A stretch of 64,000 nucleotides of DNA, taken from the NCBI GenBank assembly GCA_964492925.1, contig CAZBMF010000001.1, forward strand, positions 3,452 through 67,451, given 5' to 3'. Of this stretch, positions 50,625 to 59,940 are shown piece by piece. The notes under the pieces are model-generated. The model searched no databases. It was not told the DNA's origin and worked only from the letters and a program-made list of their open reading frames with translations. Both the position numbers and the translations under genes were made by a program. Every line of letters starts with the position of its first letter. Position 1 is the stretch's first letter. Origin of the DNA: an uncultured Rhizobium sp. GTDB lineage: Bacteria > Bacteroidota > Bacteroidia > NS11-12g > UBA955.

Positions 50625-51559
50625 AACAAATATTTAGAGAATTAAAGTATAAAGGTATTTTTGGTTTTTACTTGTATATATTCATTGTTAAAGTATATAA
50701 AATTTGTGTCAATTATTCTATTTCCGATCGAAAGTATATCAGTCGTAAATTTAAATTTTATCATGGTTACGATTTAAATTGGAATAAACTTGAAACACTC
50801 AATGAAAAAATGCAGTGGTTTAAAATTTACGATCGTAATGAGCGTTATGTAGCTTTGTCTGATAAATTTAAGGCGCGTGATTTTTTTAAAAATAAATTTG
50901 GCGAAGAATATTTAGTGCCTTTGGTGTTAGAAACACAATGCGTTGAAGATTTGAATTTTGATAATTTTCCAGATTATCCGGTAGTTGTTAAAGCCAATCA
51001 CGATTCTGGTAATTATCGCATTGTTAGAGATAAAAATGAAATTGATTTTAGAAAACTTCAAGTTGATGCCAAAGCTTGGTTGAAATTCAATTATTATTGG
51101 GAAGATCGTGAATGGCCTTACAAGCATATTGAACCAAGAATTGTGGTTGAAAAAATGCTTCAAACCAATGAAGGTAAAATCCCAAACGACTATAAATTGA
51201 ATTGTTTTAATGGAAAAGTGGAATTTGTGTATGTATCTGTAGATCGTGAAGGTATTAATAAGAGAAATATTTACAGCAGGGATTGGGAGCCATTATATTT
51301 TACTTGGAATAAAAAATATTACGATCACAGCAATCTAAGAGGACCTGAAATTAAAGCGCCATCTACTTTTGCGAAAATGATTGAATTTGCTGAAATCATT
51401 GCCAAGGATTACCAATATGTGCGGGTGGATTTTTATGATGTAGATGGACACTTATATTTCGGTGAAATTACGCAATACCATGGCGGTGGATTTGATCAAA
51501 TGTTGCCCAAAGAATGGGATTATAAATTTGGTAATATGATATCAATAAATGCCGATTAA
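50621..51559 (+). CDS. TupA-like ATP-grasp amidoligase family protein
   Basis: 312 aa. 'LNEKMQWFKIYDRN', 'EEYLVPLV', 'WEDREWPYKHIEPRIVVEKML', 'NDYKLNCFNGKVEFVYV' and 'VRVDFYDVDGHLYFGEITQYHGGGF' match the family signature as I recall it (ATPgrasp_TupA). Confidence 0.65.
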   Translation: MKQIFRELKYKGIFGFYLYIFIVKVYKICVNYSISDRKYISRKFKFYHGYDLNWNKLETLNEKMQWFKIYDRNERYVALSDKFKARDFFKNKFGEEYLVPLVLETQCVEDLNFDNFPDYPVVVKANHDSGNYRIVRDKNEIDFRKLQVDAKAWLKFNYYWEDREWPYKHIEPRIVVEKMLQTNEGKIPNDYKLNCFNGKVEFVYVSVDREGINKRNIYSRDWEPLYFTWNKKYYDHSNLRGPEIKAPSTFAKMIEFAEIIAKDYQYVRVDFYDVDGHLYFGEITQYHGGGFDQMLPKEWDYKFGNMISINAD

Positions 51560-52424
51560 TTCAGCTAATTCCCCTTTAATTAGCGTATTAATGCCAATTT
51601 ATAATGGAGTTGATACTGTTAAATTTGCTGTTTATTCACTGCAGCTTCAAACATATAAAAATTGGGAATTAATTGTTGTAAATGATGGTTCAACCGATGG
51701 GACCTTTGAATATTTAAATCAATTGGTGTTAATCGATAAGAGGTTCAAAGTCATACACTTATATAAAAACAAGGGCAGAGGATTTGCTAGAAATGTATGT
51801 TTAGACAATGCACATGGAGAATACATTGCATTTCTGGATGCCGATGATATTTACTTACCCAATAAATTGGAAAAGCAAGTTTCTTTTCTAATAAATAACC
51901 CTCAAATTACTTTGGTAGGTTGTGGAGTTGGAATAATGGATGTACAAGATAAAATCAAGTATGTTAGAGGTAACCTAGGGGGTGTTTTTCTGCATCAAGA
52001 TCATCAAAATTTGAACTTTGTTGCCCCAAGTGTTATGTTTAGAAGAGCAGACTTAAATGGGTTAAAATATCATCCAAAGTTAGATGTTATGGAGGATGTT
52101 GACTTTTTTAATAGATTGTTGTTGAATAAGAAATATTCTAACATACAAGACATTATTTACTTATACGCTGAAATTGGATTAATTTCAAATTCGAAATTTT
52201 TAAAGTACTCATGGCATACCATAAAGTATTATTTATTTTTTGTAGGTCAAAAAATAACGTTGATAGGTTCGCTTGTGAAATCTATTTTTAATTTTTTCAG
52301 CAAATGTATTTTAATTCAATTCGTTGGTGTTGATTTTTTTCTTAAAAAGAGAAGCAGAATGATTGATGAGGAGTCACAATTATTGTTAGAAAATTATTTA
52401 TCAGAAATTAGAAATAAAAGTTGA
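51549..52424 (+). CDS. Glycosyltransferase family 2
   Basis: 'LISVLMPIYNGVDTVKFAVYSLQLQTYKNWELIVVNDGSTDGT' and the DxD 'FLDADDIY'. Confidence 0.85.
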   Translation: MPINSANSPLISVLMPIYNGVDTVKFAVYSLQLQTYKNWELIVVNDGSTDGTFEYLNQLVLIDKRFKVIHLYKNKGRGFARNVCLDNAHGEYIAFLDADDIYLPNKLEKQVSFLINNPQITLVGCGVGIMDVQDKIKYVRGNLGGVFLHQDHQNLNFVAPSVMFRRADLNGLKYHPKLDVMEDVDFFNRLLLNKKYSNIQDIIYLYAEIGLISNSKFLKYSWHTIKYYLFFVGQKITLIGSLVKSIFNFFSKCILIQFVGVDFFLKKRSRMIDEESQLLLENYLSEIRNKS

Positions 52425-53491
52425 AAGTAGTATTTGTAACCACATCATTTTTAGTAGGAGGATTAGAGCGTTCTAGTGCGAATATTGCTAATTTTTTGTG
52501 CAATCAACCTGATGTGGAATTGGTTGTAATAACTCAGTATAAATTTAAACATTTCTACCATTTGGATGAACGAATTCGGATCGTAGAACCTGAATTTAAA
52601 AAAGATGGTATTTCTAAGTTATTGTATTACTTAAAAATAGTGTTCTTTTTTAGAAAATACTTGAAAATTGAAAAACCTGATGTTGTTCTCAGCTTTGGTG
52701 AGTATTGCAATTTTCAGGTTTTATTGGCTGGATTGAATCTCAATATTCCCATTGTTATTTCTGATAGGGCAAGTCCAATTTTGGAAATTGCTTTTCCAAC
52801 CAACGTATTTCGAAAACTAACCTATCCTTGGGCATCTGGTTTTATTGCCCAAACCGATAGAATGAAACAATCGTTGAAATTGAAATTTGGAATCAAAAGT
52901 CCTATTCAGGTTATTCAAAATGCATTACGATCAGTACAGTTGTATCCAGAAATTAATCGAAGAAATCAAATTATTGCAGTTGGTAGAATCCATCCAATTA
53001 AGCAGTTCGATAAATTAATTGAAGCTTTTGAAAATGCTCAAACCAAAGATTGGGAGTTACTCATTATTGGTGATGGAGTAGATCGAGAAAAAATTCTGAA
53101 CTTGATTGAAAAAAGTCCCAAACGAGCTTATATCAAATTTGAATCTAAAACATTAGAAATTGACAAACGATTTGCAGAGTCTAAAATATTTGTTTTAACA
53201 TCGCAAAGTGAAGGATTTCCAAATTCATTGTGTGAAGCCATGGCAGCGGGACTTGTTTGTGTGAGTTTAGATATTGTAGCTGGTCCTCGTGAAATTATTC
53301 AAGACGGAATAAATGGAATATTGGTTCCGGAAAAGGACTTCAAAGAGTTAACCCAAAAAATTTCTCAAATTATAGAGGATGAATCAAGCTTTGAGCACTT
53401 GGGGACAAACGCATTAAAATTGGCAAATGAACTGTCAATTTCTAAAATTGGAAACCAATATTATGAATTTTTAAAAAGTCAAATCAAATAA
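52421..53491 (+). CDS. Glycosyltransferase family 4
   Basis: 'FVLTSQSEGFPNSLCEAMAAGLVCVSLDIVAGPREIIQDGINGILV' EX7E region. Confidence 0.85.
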   Translation: MKVVFVTTSFLVGGLERSSANIANFLCNQPDVELVVITQYKFKHFYHLDERIRIVEPEFKKDGISKLLYYLKIVFFFRKYLKIEKPDVVLSFGEYCNFQVLLAGLNLNIPIVISDRASPILEIAFPTNVFRKLTYPWASGFIAQTDRMKQSLKLKFGIKSPIQVIQNALRSVQLYPEINRRNQIIAVGRIHPIKQFDKLIEAFENAQTKDWELLIIGDGVDREKILNLIEKSPKRAYIKFESKTLEIDKRFAESKIFVLTSQSEGFPNSLCEAMAAGLVCVSLDIVAGPREIIQDGINGILVPEKDFKELTQKISQIIEDESSFEHLGTNALKLANELSISKIGNQYYEFLKSQIK

Positions 53492-53495
53492 ACAC

Positions 53496-54677
53496 ATGAA
53501 AAATCTCAGCATACTCATTATATCGGTGTTTGGTAAGGTTAGGGAAGAGAGTAACGATAGGGTGAATAATTTGTATGATTTTTCTCCTTTTAAAACTAAA
53601 AAAATTGTAACCACTAATTTTAGTCATCACAACAAAGCCAAAAGGGTTGGTGAAGATATTCGAAATGTAGACTACATAAATGTCCCTCAATATTCAAAAA
53701 ACTTGAGTTTAAAACGGATATTTAGTCATTGGGTTTTTGCGATAAAGCTATATTTTTATTTAAGAAAACTAACCGATAAACCAGATATCATTTATTGTGT
53801 TTTGCCTACTCCTAGCTCAGGATACATTGCGGGTTTATATGCCAAGAAACACAACATTACGTTTGTTACAGATGTAATTGATGTGTGGCCTGATGGATTA
53901 TTTCCCATAAATTCAACCTTTAAAAAACTGCAGTTTTTGTTTAAACCTTGGGAATTGTTATCGGCTAAGGTCTATAGAATGTCTGACTTTATATGTGCTG
54001 CAAATCGAAGTTATGCTAAAATTGCCCGACAATATGTAGGGAATATTCCTGTGAAACATTTTTATCTTGGCACAAGTTTTGATGAAGATGAAAATAAAAC
54101 CACCCAGTTAACGAAAATTACAAAGCCCGATGGAGAAATTTGGATTGCTTATGGTGGAAATTTAGGGCATTTATATGATTTTGATTTGATGATTGATGGA
54201 ATAGTGGAAGCTGCAAAAATGACACAAAAGAAATTGCGATTTCTGTTGGTTGGAGGAGGTGTTTTAGAAAATGATCTAAGACAAAAACTGGCGTTAGTTA
54301 GTCATATCGAATACACAGTAACCGGGAATGTTGGTTATAATGAATTTATGGATTACATGCGAAGCAGCGATATCTGTTTGAATATTTTTAAATCAAATGC
54401 ATTAATTTCAATGAGTTACAAGCTCTATGATTATTTTGCTGCAAAAGCATTTGTTATCAATAATTTAATTGGCGATGCCGATGAAATTATTGATGAGTTT
54501 GAAGTTGGATATACCGTAAATCAATCAAATTTTAGTTCTAAACTTGCTCATGCAATTGAACAATTACCGGAATTTGAGAAACACAAACAAGAAAAATTTA
54601 AAAAAGTGTACGACTTATTAGATCGTAAGAAAATTATACAATCAATCTACCAATTTATACAAAATGAAAACCGTTAA
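53496..54677 (+). CDS. Glycosyltransferase family 4 (WbuB-like)
   Basis: 'ISMSYKLYDYFAAKAFVINNLIGDADEII' EX7E-like region and an N-terminal GT-B Rossmann half. Confidence 0.7.
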   Translation: MKNLSILIISVFGKVREESNDRVNNLYDFSPFKTKKIVTTNFSHHNKAKRVGEDIRNVDYINVPQYSKNLSLKRIFSHWVFAIKLYFYLRKLTDKPDIIYCVLPTPSSGYIAGLYAKKHNITFVTDVIDVWPDGLFPINSTFKKLQFLFKPWELLSAKVYRMSDFICAANRSYAKIARQYVGNIPVKHFYLGTSFDEDENKTTQLTKITKPDGEIWIAYGGNLGHLYDFDLMIDGIVEAAKMTQKKLRFLLVGGGVLENDLRQKLALVSHIEYTVTGNVGYNEFMDYMRSSDICLNIFKSNALISMSYKLYDYFAAKAFVINNLIGDADEIIDEFEVGYTVNQSNFSSKLAHAIEQLPEFEKHKQEKFKKVYDLLDRKKIIQSIYQFIQNENR

Positions 54678-55302
54678 ATTTGACTCTCAAAAACTTAACT
54701 TTAAAGCTAAATTCGAACAATTTTTGAATTTGGGATTACTCGAAAATTTAAATCTTGAAATTGAGGTTTTAAAACGTGAAAATGATCAAAAAACTCCAAT
54801 CCATAAGGTTTATTATGAGTGGGCTAGAACAGAAGAATTCCAGGCTTTATATTTGGAATTATTAAGAGATTACGTGAAGCCTCTTTATGGTGGTGAACAA
54901 ATTGTGTTTCAAAAAATTCCAACATTTAGGGTGGCATTCCCTCATAATATTGCCGTTGGTGAGTTTCACAAAGACAAAGCCTACAGAGACTTATCATGGG
55001 CAGAACAAGTAAAAGAAGACAATTTTTATTTGCCGTTTACAGACGCATTTGATACCAACACTATATGGGTAGAATCTGAAGAAGATAAAGGCGATTTTGC
55101 TCCAATGAATTGTGAGTATGGATGCACCATTCAATGGGATGGAAGCAATTTAATGCACGGTAACAAAATCAATGAAACAGGAAAAGCGCGCGTTAGCGTT
55201 GATTTTAGGGTTATCAAAATGTCGAATTATGTGCCAAGCACCAAAGGTTCTATCAACATGAATGTTGGTTTTGCAATTGGTGGATACTACGATGTCATCT
55301 AA
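54664..55302 (+). CDS. Hypothetical protein (possible cupin / Fe(II)-2OG-oxygenase-like HxD...H triad)
   Basis: 212 aa. 'GEFHKDKAY' (H-x-D) and a downstream 'SNLMHGN'. No secure family assignment. Confidence 0.35.
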   Translation: MKTVKFDSQKLNFKAKFEQFLNLGLLENLNLEIEVLKRENDQKTPIHKVYYEWARTEEFQALYLELLRDYVKPLYGGEQIVFQKIPTFRVAFPHNIAVGEFHKDKAYRDLSWAEQVKEDNFYLPFTDAFDTNTIWVESEEDKGDFAPMNCEYGCTIQWDGSNLMHGNKINETGKARVSVDFRVIKMSNYVPSTKGSINMNVGFAIGGYYDVI

Positions 55303-55918
55303 TTCTGTCTCAAAAATTTTGTACTTGTTTATCAAATCATTCTTTGATTTTGTTTTTGCTTTTATTCTTTTTACGTTCTCCATTCCAATTTGGTTGTGGT
55401 TGTTGATTAAGTTTAAATTTGACTTAAAAAAAATTATTTTTCTTCAACCAAGACCAGGTAAAAATGGGAAAATATTCAATCTTATAAAGTTTAAAACTAT
55501 GACCGATGAAAAAGATGAAAACGGTAAACTTTTGCCGGATAGATTGAGGTTGACATCCTTTGGAAGGTTTCTTCGTGCTTCTTCGTTTGATGAATTACCA
55601 CAAATGATCAATGTTATGATGGGTGATATGAGTTTAATAGGTCCGAGGCCGCTTTTGGTATCATATTTGCCTTTGTATAATGAACGACAAATGAGAAGAC
55701 ATGAGGTGAAACCGGGTATTACAGGATGGGCCCAAATAAATGGAAGAAATGAACTTTCTTGGACCGATAAATTCGAACAAGATGTATTTTACGTTGAAAA
55801 TATATCGTTAAAATTAGATTTGAAAATATTTTGGGGAACAATTTTAAACGTTGTCTCTCGTCAAGGTATCAGTGGAGAAGGAACTGAAACAATGACACCA
55901 TTTACAGGAAATAATTGA
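55292..55918 (+). CDS. Undecaprenyl-phosphate sugar phosphotransferase, small monotopic PglC/WecP-like initiating transferase
   Basis: N-terminal re-entrant helix '[31 protein letters not shown]'. '[17 protein letters not shown]', '[21 protein letters not shown]' and '[13 protein letters not shown]' are canonical Bac_transf motifs. Confidence 0.85.
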   Translation: MSSNSVSKILYLFIKSFFDFVFAFILFTFSIPIWLWLLIKFKFDLKKIIFLQPRPGKNGKIFNLIKFKTMTDEKDENGKLLPDRLRLTSFGRFLRASSFDELPQMINVMMGDMSLIGPRPLLVSYLPLYNERQMRRHEVKPGITGWAQINGRNELSWTDKFEQDVFYVENISLKLDLKIFWGTILNVVSRQGISGEGTETMTPFTGNN

Positions 55919-56568
55919 TCATGATGAAACCAATTTTAATTTATGGCGCTGGGGGTTTTGGTAAAGAAGTTGCTTGCTTAATCAATGAAATTAATGAAAT
56001 TGAACCCACATGGGAAATTTTAGGTTATATCGACGATGGAGTTAATCCGGGTACCGAAATTAAATATGGCAGTGTTTTGGGGGGATTGGATTATTTGAAT
56101 CAACAACCTTCCGAAATTGCTGTCGTTTTTTCAATTGCCAATGCCATTATTTTGGAAAAAGTTGTCTCTAAAATTACCAATCCGTTGGTCTATTTTCCCA
56201 ATATTATATCGCCAGGGGTAAAGTTTTATGACACTCCTTCCTTTCAACTTGGACGCGGAAATGTAATTTCAAATGGTTGCAGATTTAGTTGTGACGTGAA
56301 AATTGGCGATTTCAACCTCTTCAATGGCTTTGTGGCATTAGGTCATGATGTTCATGTTGGAAGTTTCAATATTTTTAGTCCCTCTGCTAGATTGTCTGGT
56401 TCAGTATTTGTGGGGGACAAAAACTTCTTCGGGGTGAATTCTATTGTACTGCAAGGTATTAAAATTGGCAATCATACAAAGATTGGTGTAATGAGTGTAC
56501 TGATGAAAGATACAAAAGATGGATATTTGTATTTCGGAAATCCAGCACGAAAATTAACAGAACAATGA
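55915..56568 (+). CDS. NeuD/PglD/WlbB-family sugar N- or O-acyltransferase (LbH)
   Basis: '[17 protein letters not shown]' N-terminal Rossmann-like domain followed by hexapeptide repeats ('VGSFNIF...[28 protein letters not shown]'). Confidence 0.8.
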   Translation: MIMMKPILIYGAGGFGKEVACLINEINEIEPTWEILGYIDDGVNPGTEIKYGSVLGGLDYLNQQPSEIAVVFSIANAIILEKVVSKITNPLVYFPNIISPGVKFYDTPSFQLGRGNVISNGCRFSCDVKIGDFNLFNGFVALGHDVHVGSFNIFSPSARLSGSVFVGDKNFFGVNSIVLQGIKIGNHTKIGVMSVLMKDTKDGYLYFGNPARKLTEQ

Positions 56569-57632
56569 GTTTTTTAAACATTTCAAATGTTAAAATTGCA
56601 GGAATTGCCTCCTGTGTCCCTCAAGAAAAAATTGAGAATTTAAATGCTGCAATTTTTGATTCACCAGAGGAAGCGCAGCGATTTGTAGATACAACAGGCA
56701 TTAAAAAACGACGTGTAGTTGGCAATCAGCGAATTTGTACATCTGATTTGTGTGTTCAAGCGGCAGAAAAATTGTTGTTGGAATTAAATTGGTCAAAGGA
56801 GGAAGTTGATTGTTTAATTTTTGTAACGCAAACACCGGATTATATTTTACCAGCCACTTCGTGCATCATTCAAAACAGGTTGGGATTGTCTAAAGATTGT
56901 TATTCTTTGGATATATCTTTGGGTTGCAGTGGATGGGTTTATGGATTATCGGTTATTGCATCTTTGATGCAAAGTGGCATGTTTAAAAAGGGTTTATTGC
57001 TTGTTGGCGATACAACCACGGTTACCAAATCGGCCAAAGATAAAAGTACCTTTCCGCTATTTGGGGATGCTGGTACTTGCACATCGTTGGAATTCCAACA
57101 AGGTGCTGCGAATATGTATTTTCATTTCGGTACCGATGGGTCTGGTTTTGAATCTATTATGATCAAAGATGGTGGATTTAGACATCCATTTTCGGAAGAG
57201 TCATTAAAAGAGAAAGAATTTCCTAATGGAATCATTAGAAATGACTTACAAAGTATATTGAATGGTGCAAATGTATTTACTTTTGGCATTGGAAGGGCAC
57301 CAAAATCTGTTAAAGCATTGTTGGAAAAGTTTGATTTAGAGCTAGAAAACGTTGATTACGGATTGTTTCATCAGGCAAACATGATGATGAATGAAAAAAT
57401 TCGAAATAAACTTGGCTTGAGCCCAGAAAAAGTACCTTATTCAATTGATGAATTTGGGAACACATCTTCGGCTTCAATTCCGTTAACCATGAACTATAAA
57501 TTGTCTGAAAATTTGAAAAACAGCAAAAATAAATTCATTGCGTGTGGTTTTGGTGTGGGATTGTCGTGGGGAAGTGTTTATTTTGAAACAGATAAAATTA
57601 TTTGTCCTGAAATTCAGGAATATAAAAATTAA
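56565..57632 (+). CDS. 3-oxoacyl-ACP synthase III (KAS III / FabH-like), copy 1
   Basis: Catalytic triad contexts 'GCSGWVYGL' (Cys), 'HQANMMMNE' (His) and 'FGNTSSASIPL' (Asn). Confidence 0.85.
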   Translation: MSFLNISNVKIAGIASCVPQEKIENLNAAIFDSPEEAQRFVDTTGIKKRRVVGNQRICTSDLCVQAAEKLLLELNWSKEEVDCLIFVTQTPDYILPATSCIIQNRLGLSKDCYSLDISLGCSGWVYGLSVIASLMQSGMFKKGLLLVGDTTTVTKSAKDKSTFPLFGDAGTCTSLEFQQGAANMYFHFGTDGSGFESIMIKDGGFRHPFSEESLKEKEFPNGIIRNDLQSILNGANVFTFGIGRAPKSVKALLEKFDLELENVDYGLFHQANMMMNEKIRNKLGLSPEKVPYSIDEFGNTSSASIPLTMNYKLSENLKNSKNKFIACGFGVGLSWGSVYFETDKIICPEIQEYKN

Positions 57633-57636
57633 AAAA

Positions 57637-57864
57637 ATGGAACAAAACTTTATTAAACTTTTTGCAGAAACTTTAGAAATTGAAGATAGAGAAATTTCTT
57701 TAAACGATACATTTAGAGATTACCCTGAGTGGGATTCATTGGCATTACTTTCGGTAATTGCCATGATAGATGATGAATATGATGTGATCATCGAAGGCAA
57801 TGATTTTGCTGAATTAAAAACAATTGGCGATTTGATTGAAGCCATTCAAAAAGCAAAAGAATAA
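57637..57864 (+). CDS. Acyl carrier protein (dedicated, locus-associated)
   Basis: 75 aa, acidic. Phosphopantetheine-attachment context 'YPEWDSLALLSVI' (DSL). Confidence 0.8.
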   Translation: MEQNFIKLFAETLEIEDREISLNDTFRDYPEWDSLALLSVIAMIDDEYDVIIEGNDFAELKTIGDLIEAIQKAKE

Positions 57865-57865
57865 T

Positions 57866-58924
57866 TTGGCAATATTAAAATTTAACGGTGTTGGAATAAC
57901 GGCAATGGCTGGTGCTGTTCCGAAGAACATTGTTAAAAATTTGGAATATACCACCTTTTTCAACGAGCAAGATGTTCAAGAAATCGTTGAAAAAACAGGA
58001 ATATTTGAAAGGAGATTTGCTCCTGAAGGAATGTGTGCAAGCGATTTGTGCTTTGCAGCGGCAGAACAGTTAATCTCAGACAATAAGATTGACAAATCTG
58101 AAATAGATTTGCTCATTTTTATCTCTCAGACGGCTGATTTTAGGATGCCGGCAACTGCTATACTTTTACAAGATAGGTTGGGACTGTCGAAATCCACAAT
58201 GGCTTTTGATATAAGTTTGGGCTGTTCAGCGTTTGTTTATGGTTTGTCGGTGGTTTATTCTTTGATGGAAAGGAGTGGTTTCCGAAAAGCTTTAATTTTA
58301 GACGGTGAAACACGTTCAAGAATTTACCATCCTAAAGATCGAAAGACGGCTTTTTTATTTGGGGATGCTGGAGTTGCAGCTTTAGTAGAAAGGGATGAGA
58401 AATTTGGAGATAGCTTTTTCTCTTTGGGAAGCGACGGTTCCAAATCTCAACTAATTTCGATGAAAGCGGGAGGCTATCGATATCCGAGTAGCGTTGAAAC
58501 TTTAACGGAAAAGGTGATTGATGAGTTTGGCAATATATCAACTGATGAACATGGAAGAATGGATGGTGGAGAGGTGTTTAATTTTGTTTTGAAGGAAATT
58601 CCAAGCCATGTAAAAGAATTACTGTTGGAATCGAAAATGAGTCAAGATAGCATTGACTTTTTTGTATTTCATCAAGCCAATTTGTTTATGAATGGTTATT
58701 TGCAAAAAAAGTTCAAAATTGAAGATTCGAAATTTCCATTATCAATAAGCAAGTTTGGAAATACTTCTTCCGTATCTATACCCTTGACCATTGTAAGTGA
58801 GTTAAAAAACAAATTATCGGGTCACAATCAATTGTTGTTATGCGGATTTGGAGTGGGTATGAGTTGGGCAAGTTGTGTCATAAACACGAATGAAATTAGA
58901 ATATCTCAATTATTAGAAATATGA
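57866..58924 (+). CDS. 3-oxoacyl-ACP synthase III (KAS III / FabH-like), copy 2
   Basis: 'GCSAFVYGL', 'HQANLFMNG' and 'FGNTSSVSIPL'. Start is uncertain: TTG at 57866 directly after the ACP stop, or TTG at 57836 overlapping the ACP. Confidence 0.8.
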   Translation: MAILKFNGVGITAMAGAVPKNIVKNLEYTTFFNEQDVQEIVEKTGIFERRFAPEGMCASDLCFAAAEQLISDNKIDKSEIDLLIFISQTADFRMPATAILLQDRLGLSKSTMAFDISLGCSAFVYGLSVVYSLMERSGFRKALILDGETRSRIYHPKDRKTAFLFGDAGVAALVERDEKFGDSFFSLGSDGSKSQLISMKAGGYRYPSSVETLTEKVIDEFGNISTDEHGRMDGGEVFNFVLKEIPSHVKELLLESKMSQDSIDFFVFHQANLFMNGYLQKKFKIEDSKFPLSISKFGNTSSVSIPLTIVSELKNKLSGHNQLLLCGFGVGMSWASCVINTNEIRISQLLEI

Positions 58925-59688
58925 GTCATCCATTTGATTTAACAGGTAAAAGAATATTGGTTACAGGCGCTTCATCGGGAATTGGAAGGGCCGTTGCAAT
59001 TGAATGCAGCAAAATGGGTGCTGAGATGATTTTGCTTGGTCGAAATGAAGAAAGATTACAGGAAACATTATCACAATTGACTCAAGTTAGCGGAAATCAT
59101 CATTTTTTTTCGATGGATTTATCTGGAGAATTGAATTTTGAACTTTTACAAAATTTAATTGATACAACTGGTAAACTTGATGGATTGGTAAATTGTGCTG
59201 GTATTACTTCAACATTACCAATCAAAAGCATTACAAAGAAAAGGCTCACGGAAATTTTTGAAATCAATGTATTCGGTGCTATTGAAGTTTCTAGGTGGTT
59301 TACAAAAAAATCGGTTGTTAATGAGGGTGGTGGTTCCATTATTTTCATGACTTCTATCATGGCAAATGTTGGTGAAGTAGGTAAAACTTTGTATTCAATG
59401 TCTAAAGGGGCATTGTTGTCAGGAATGAGGTCGATGTCATTGGAGCTGGCGCCAAAAAAAATTAGGGTAAATGCAATTTCACCGGGTGTAGTTTATACAC
59501 CAATGGTTGAAAATGGTGTGTATGCACAAGACCCTAAATTATTTGAAAATGTATTGATGAAACATCCATTAGGCATAGGTGAAGTAAATGATGTTGCGAA
59601 TGCAGTTGTTTATTTTATGAGTGATGCATCAAAATGGGTTACAGGCACCAATTTTATCATTGATGGTGGCTATACTGCCGGTAAATAG
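58921..59688 (+). CDS. SDR-family 3-oxoacyl-ACP reductase (FabG-like)
   Basis: 'VTGASSGIGRAVA', 'NCAG' and 'YSMSKGAL' (YxxxK). Confidence 0.85.
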   Translation: MSHPFDLTGKRILVTGASSGIGRAVAIECSKMGAEMILLGRNEERLQETLSQLTQVSGNHHFFSMDLSGELNFELLQNLIDTTGKLDGLVNCAGITSTLPIKSITKKRLTEIFEINVFGAIEVSRWFTKKSVVNEGGGSIIFMTSIMANVGEVGKTLYSMSKGALLSGMRSMSLELAPKKIRVNAISPGVVYTPMVENGVYAQDPKLFENVLMKHPLGIGEVNDVANAVVYFMSDASKWVTGTNFIIDGGYTAGK

Positions 59689-59940
59689 GCAATTTGTTAT
59701 AAAATGTTATACGTTTAACACATCTTTTGAACATTATTCCTCGTTAATATTAAAAACCGAGAATTAACTTTGTGTTCACAAACAAAATGATGTCATTCAC
59801 TAAAGAAAGTACAAAATTAAAGTTTGGCAAGGTTATTGTTTCATTGAACACAAATATGAAAATCTTAAACTTAATCAGCAATTTGAATTCGCAACTAAAT
59901 ATGGCGAAAATGGAATTGATTGATTTCTTCAATTATACTT

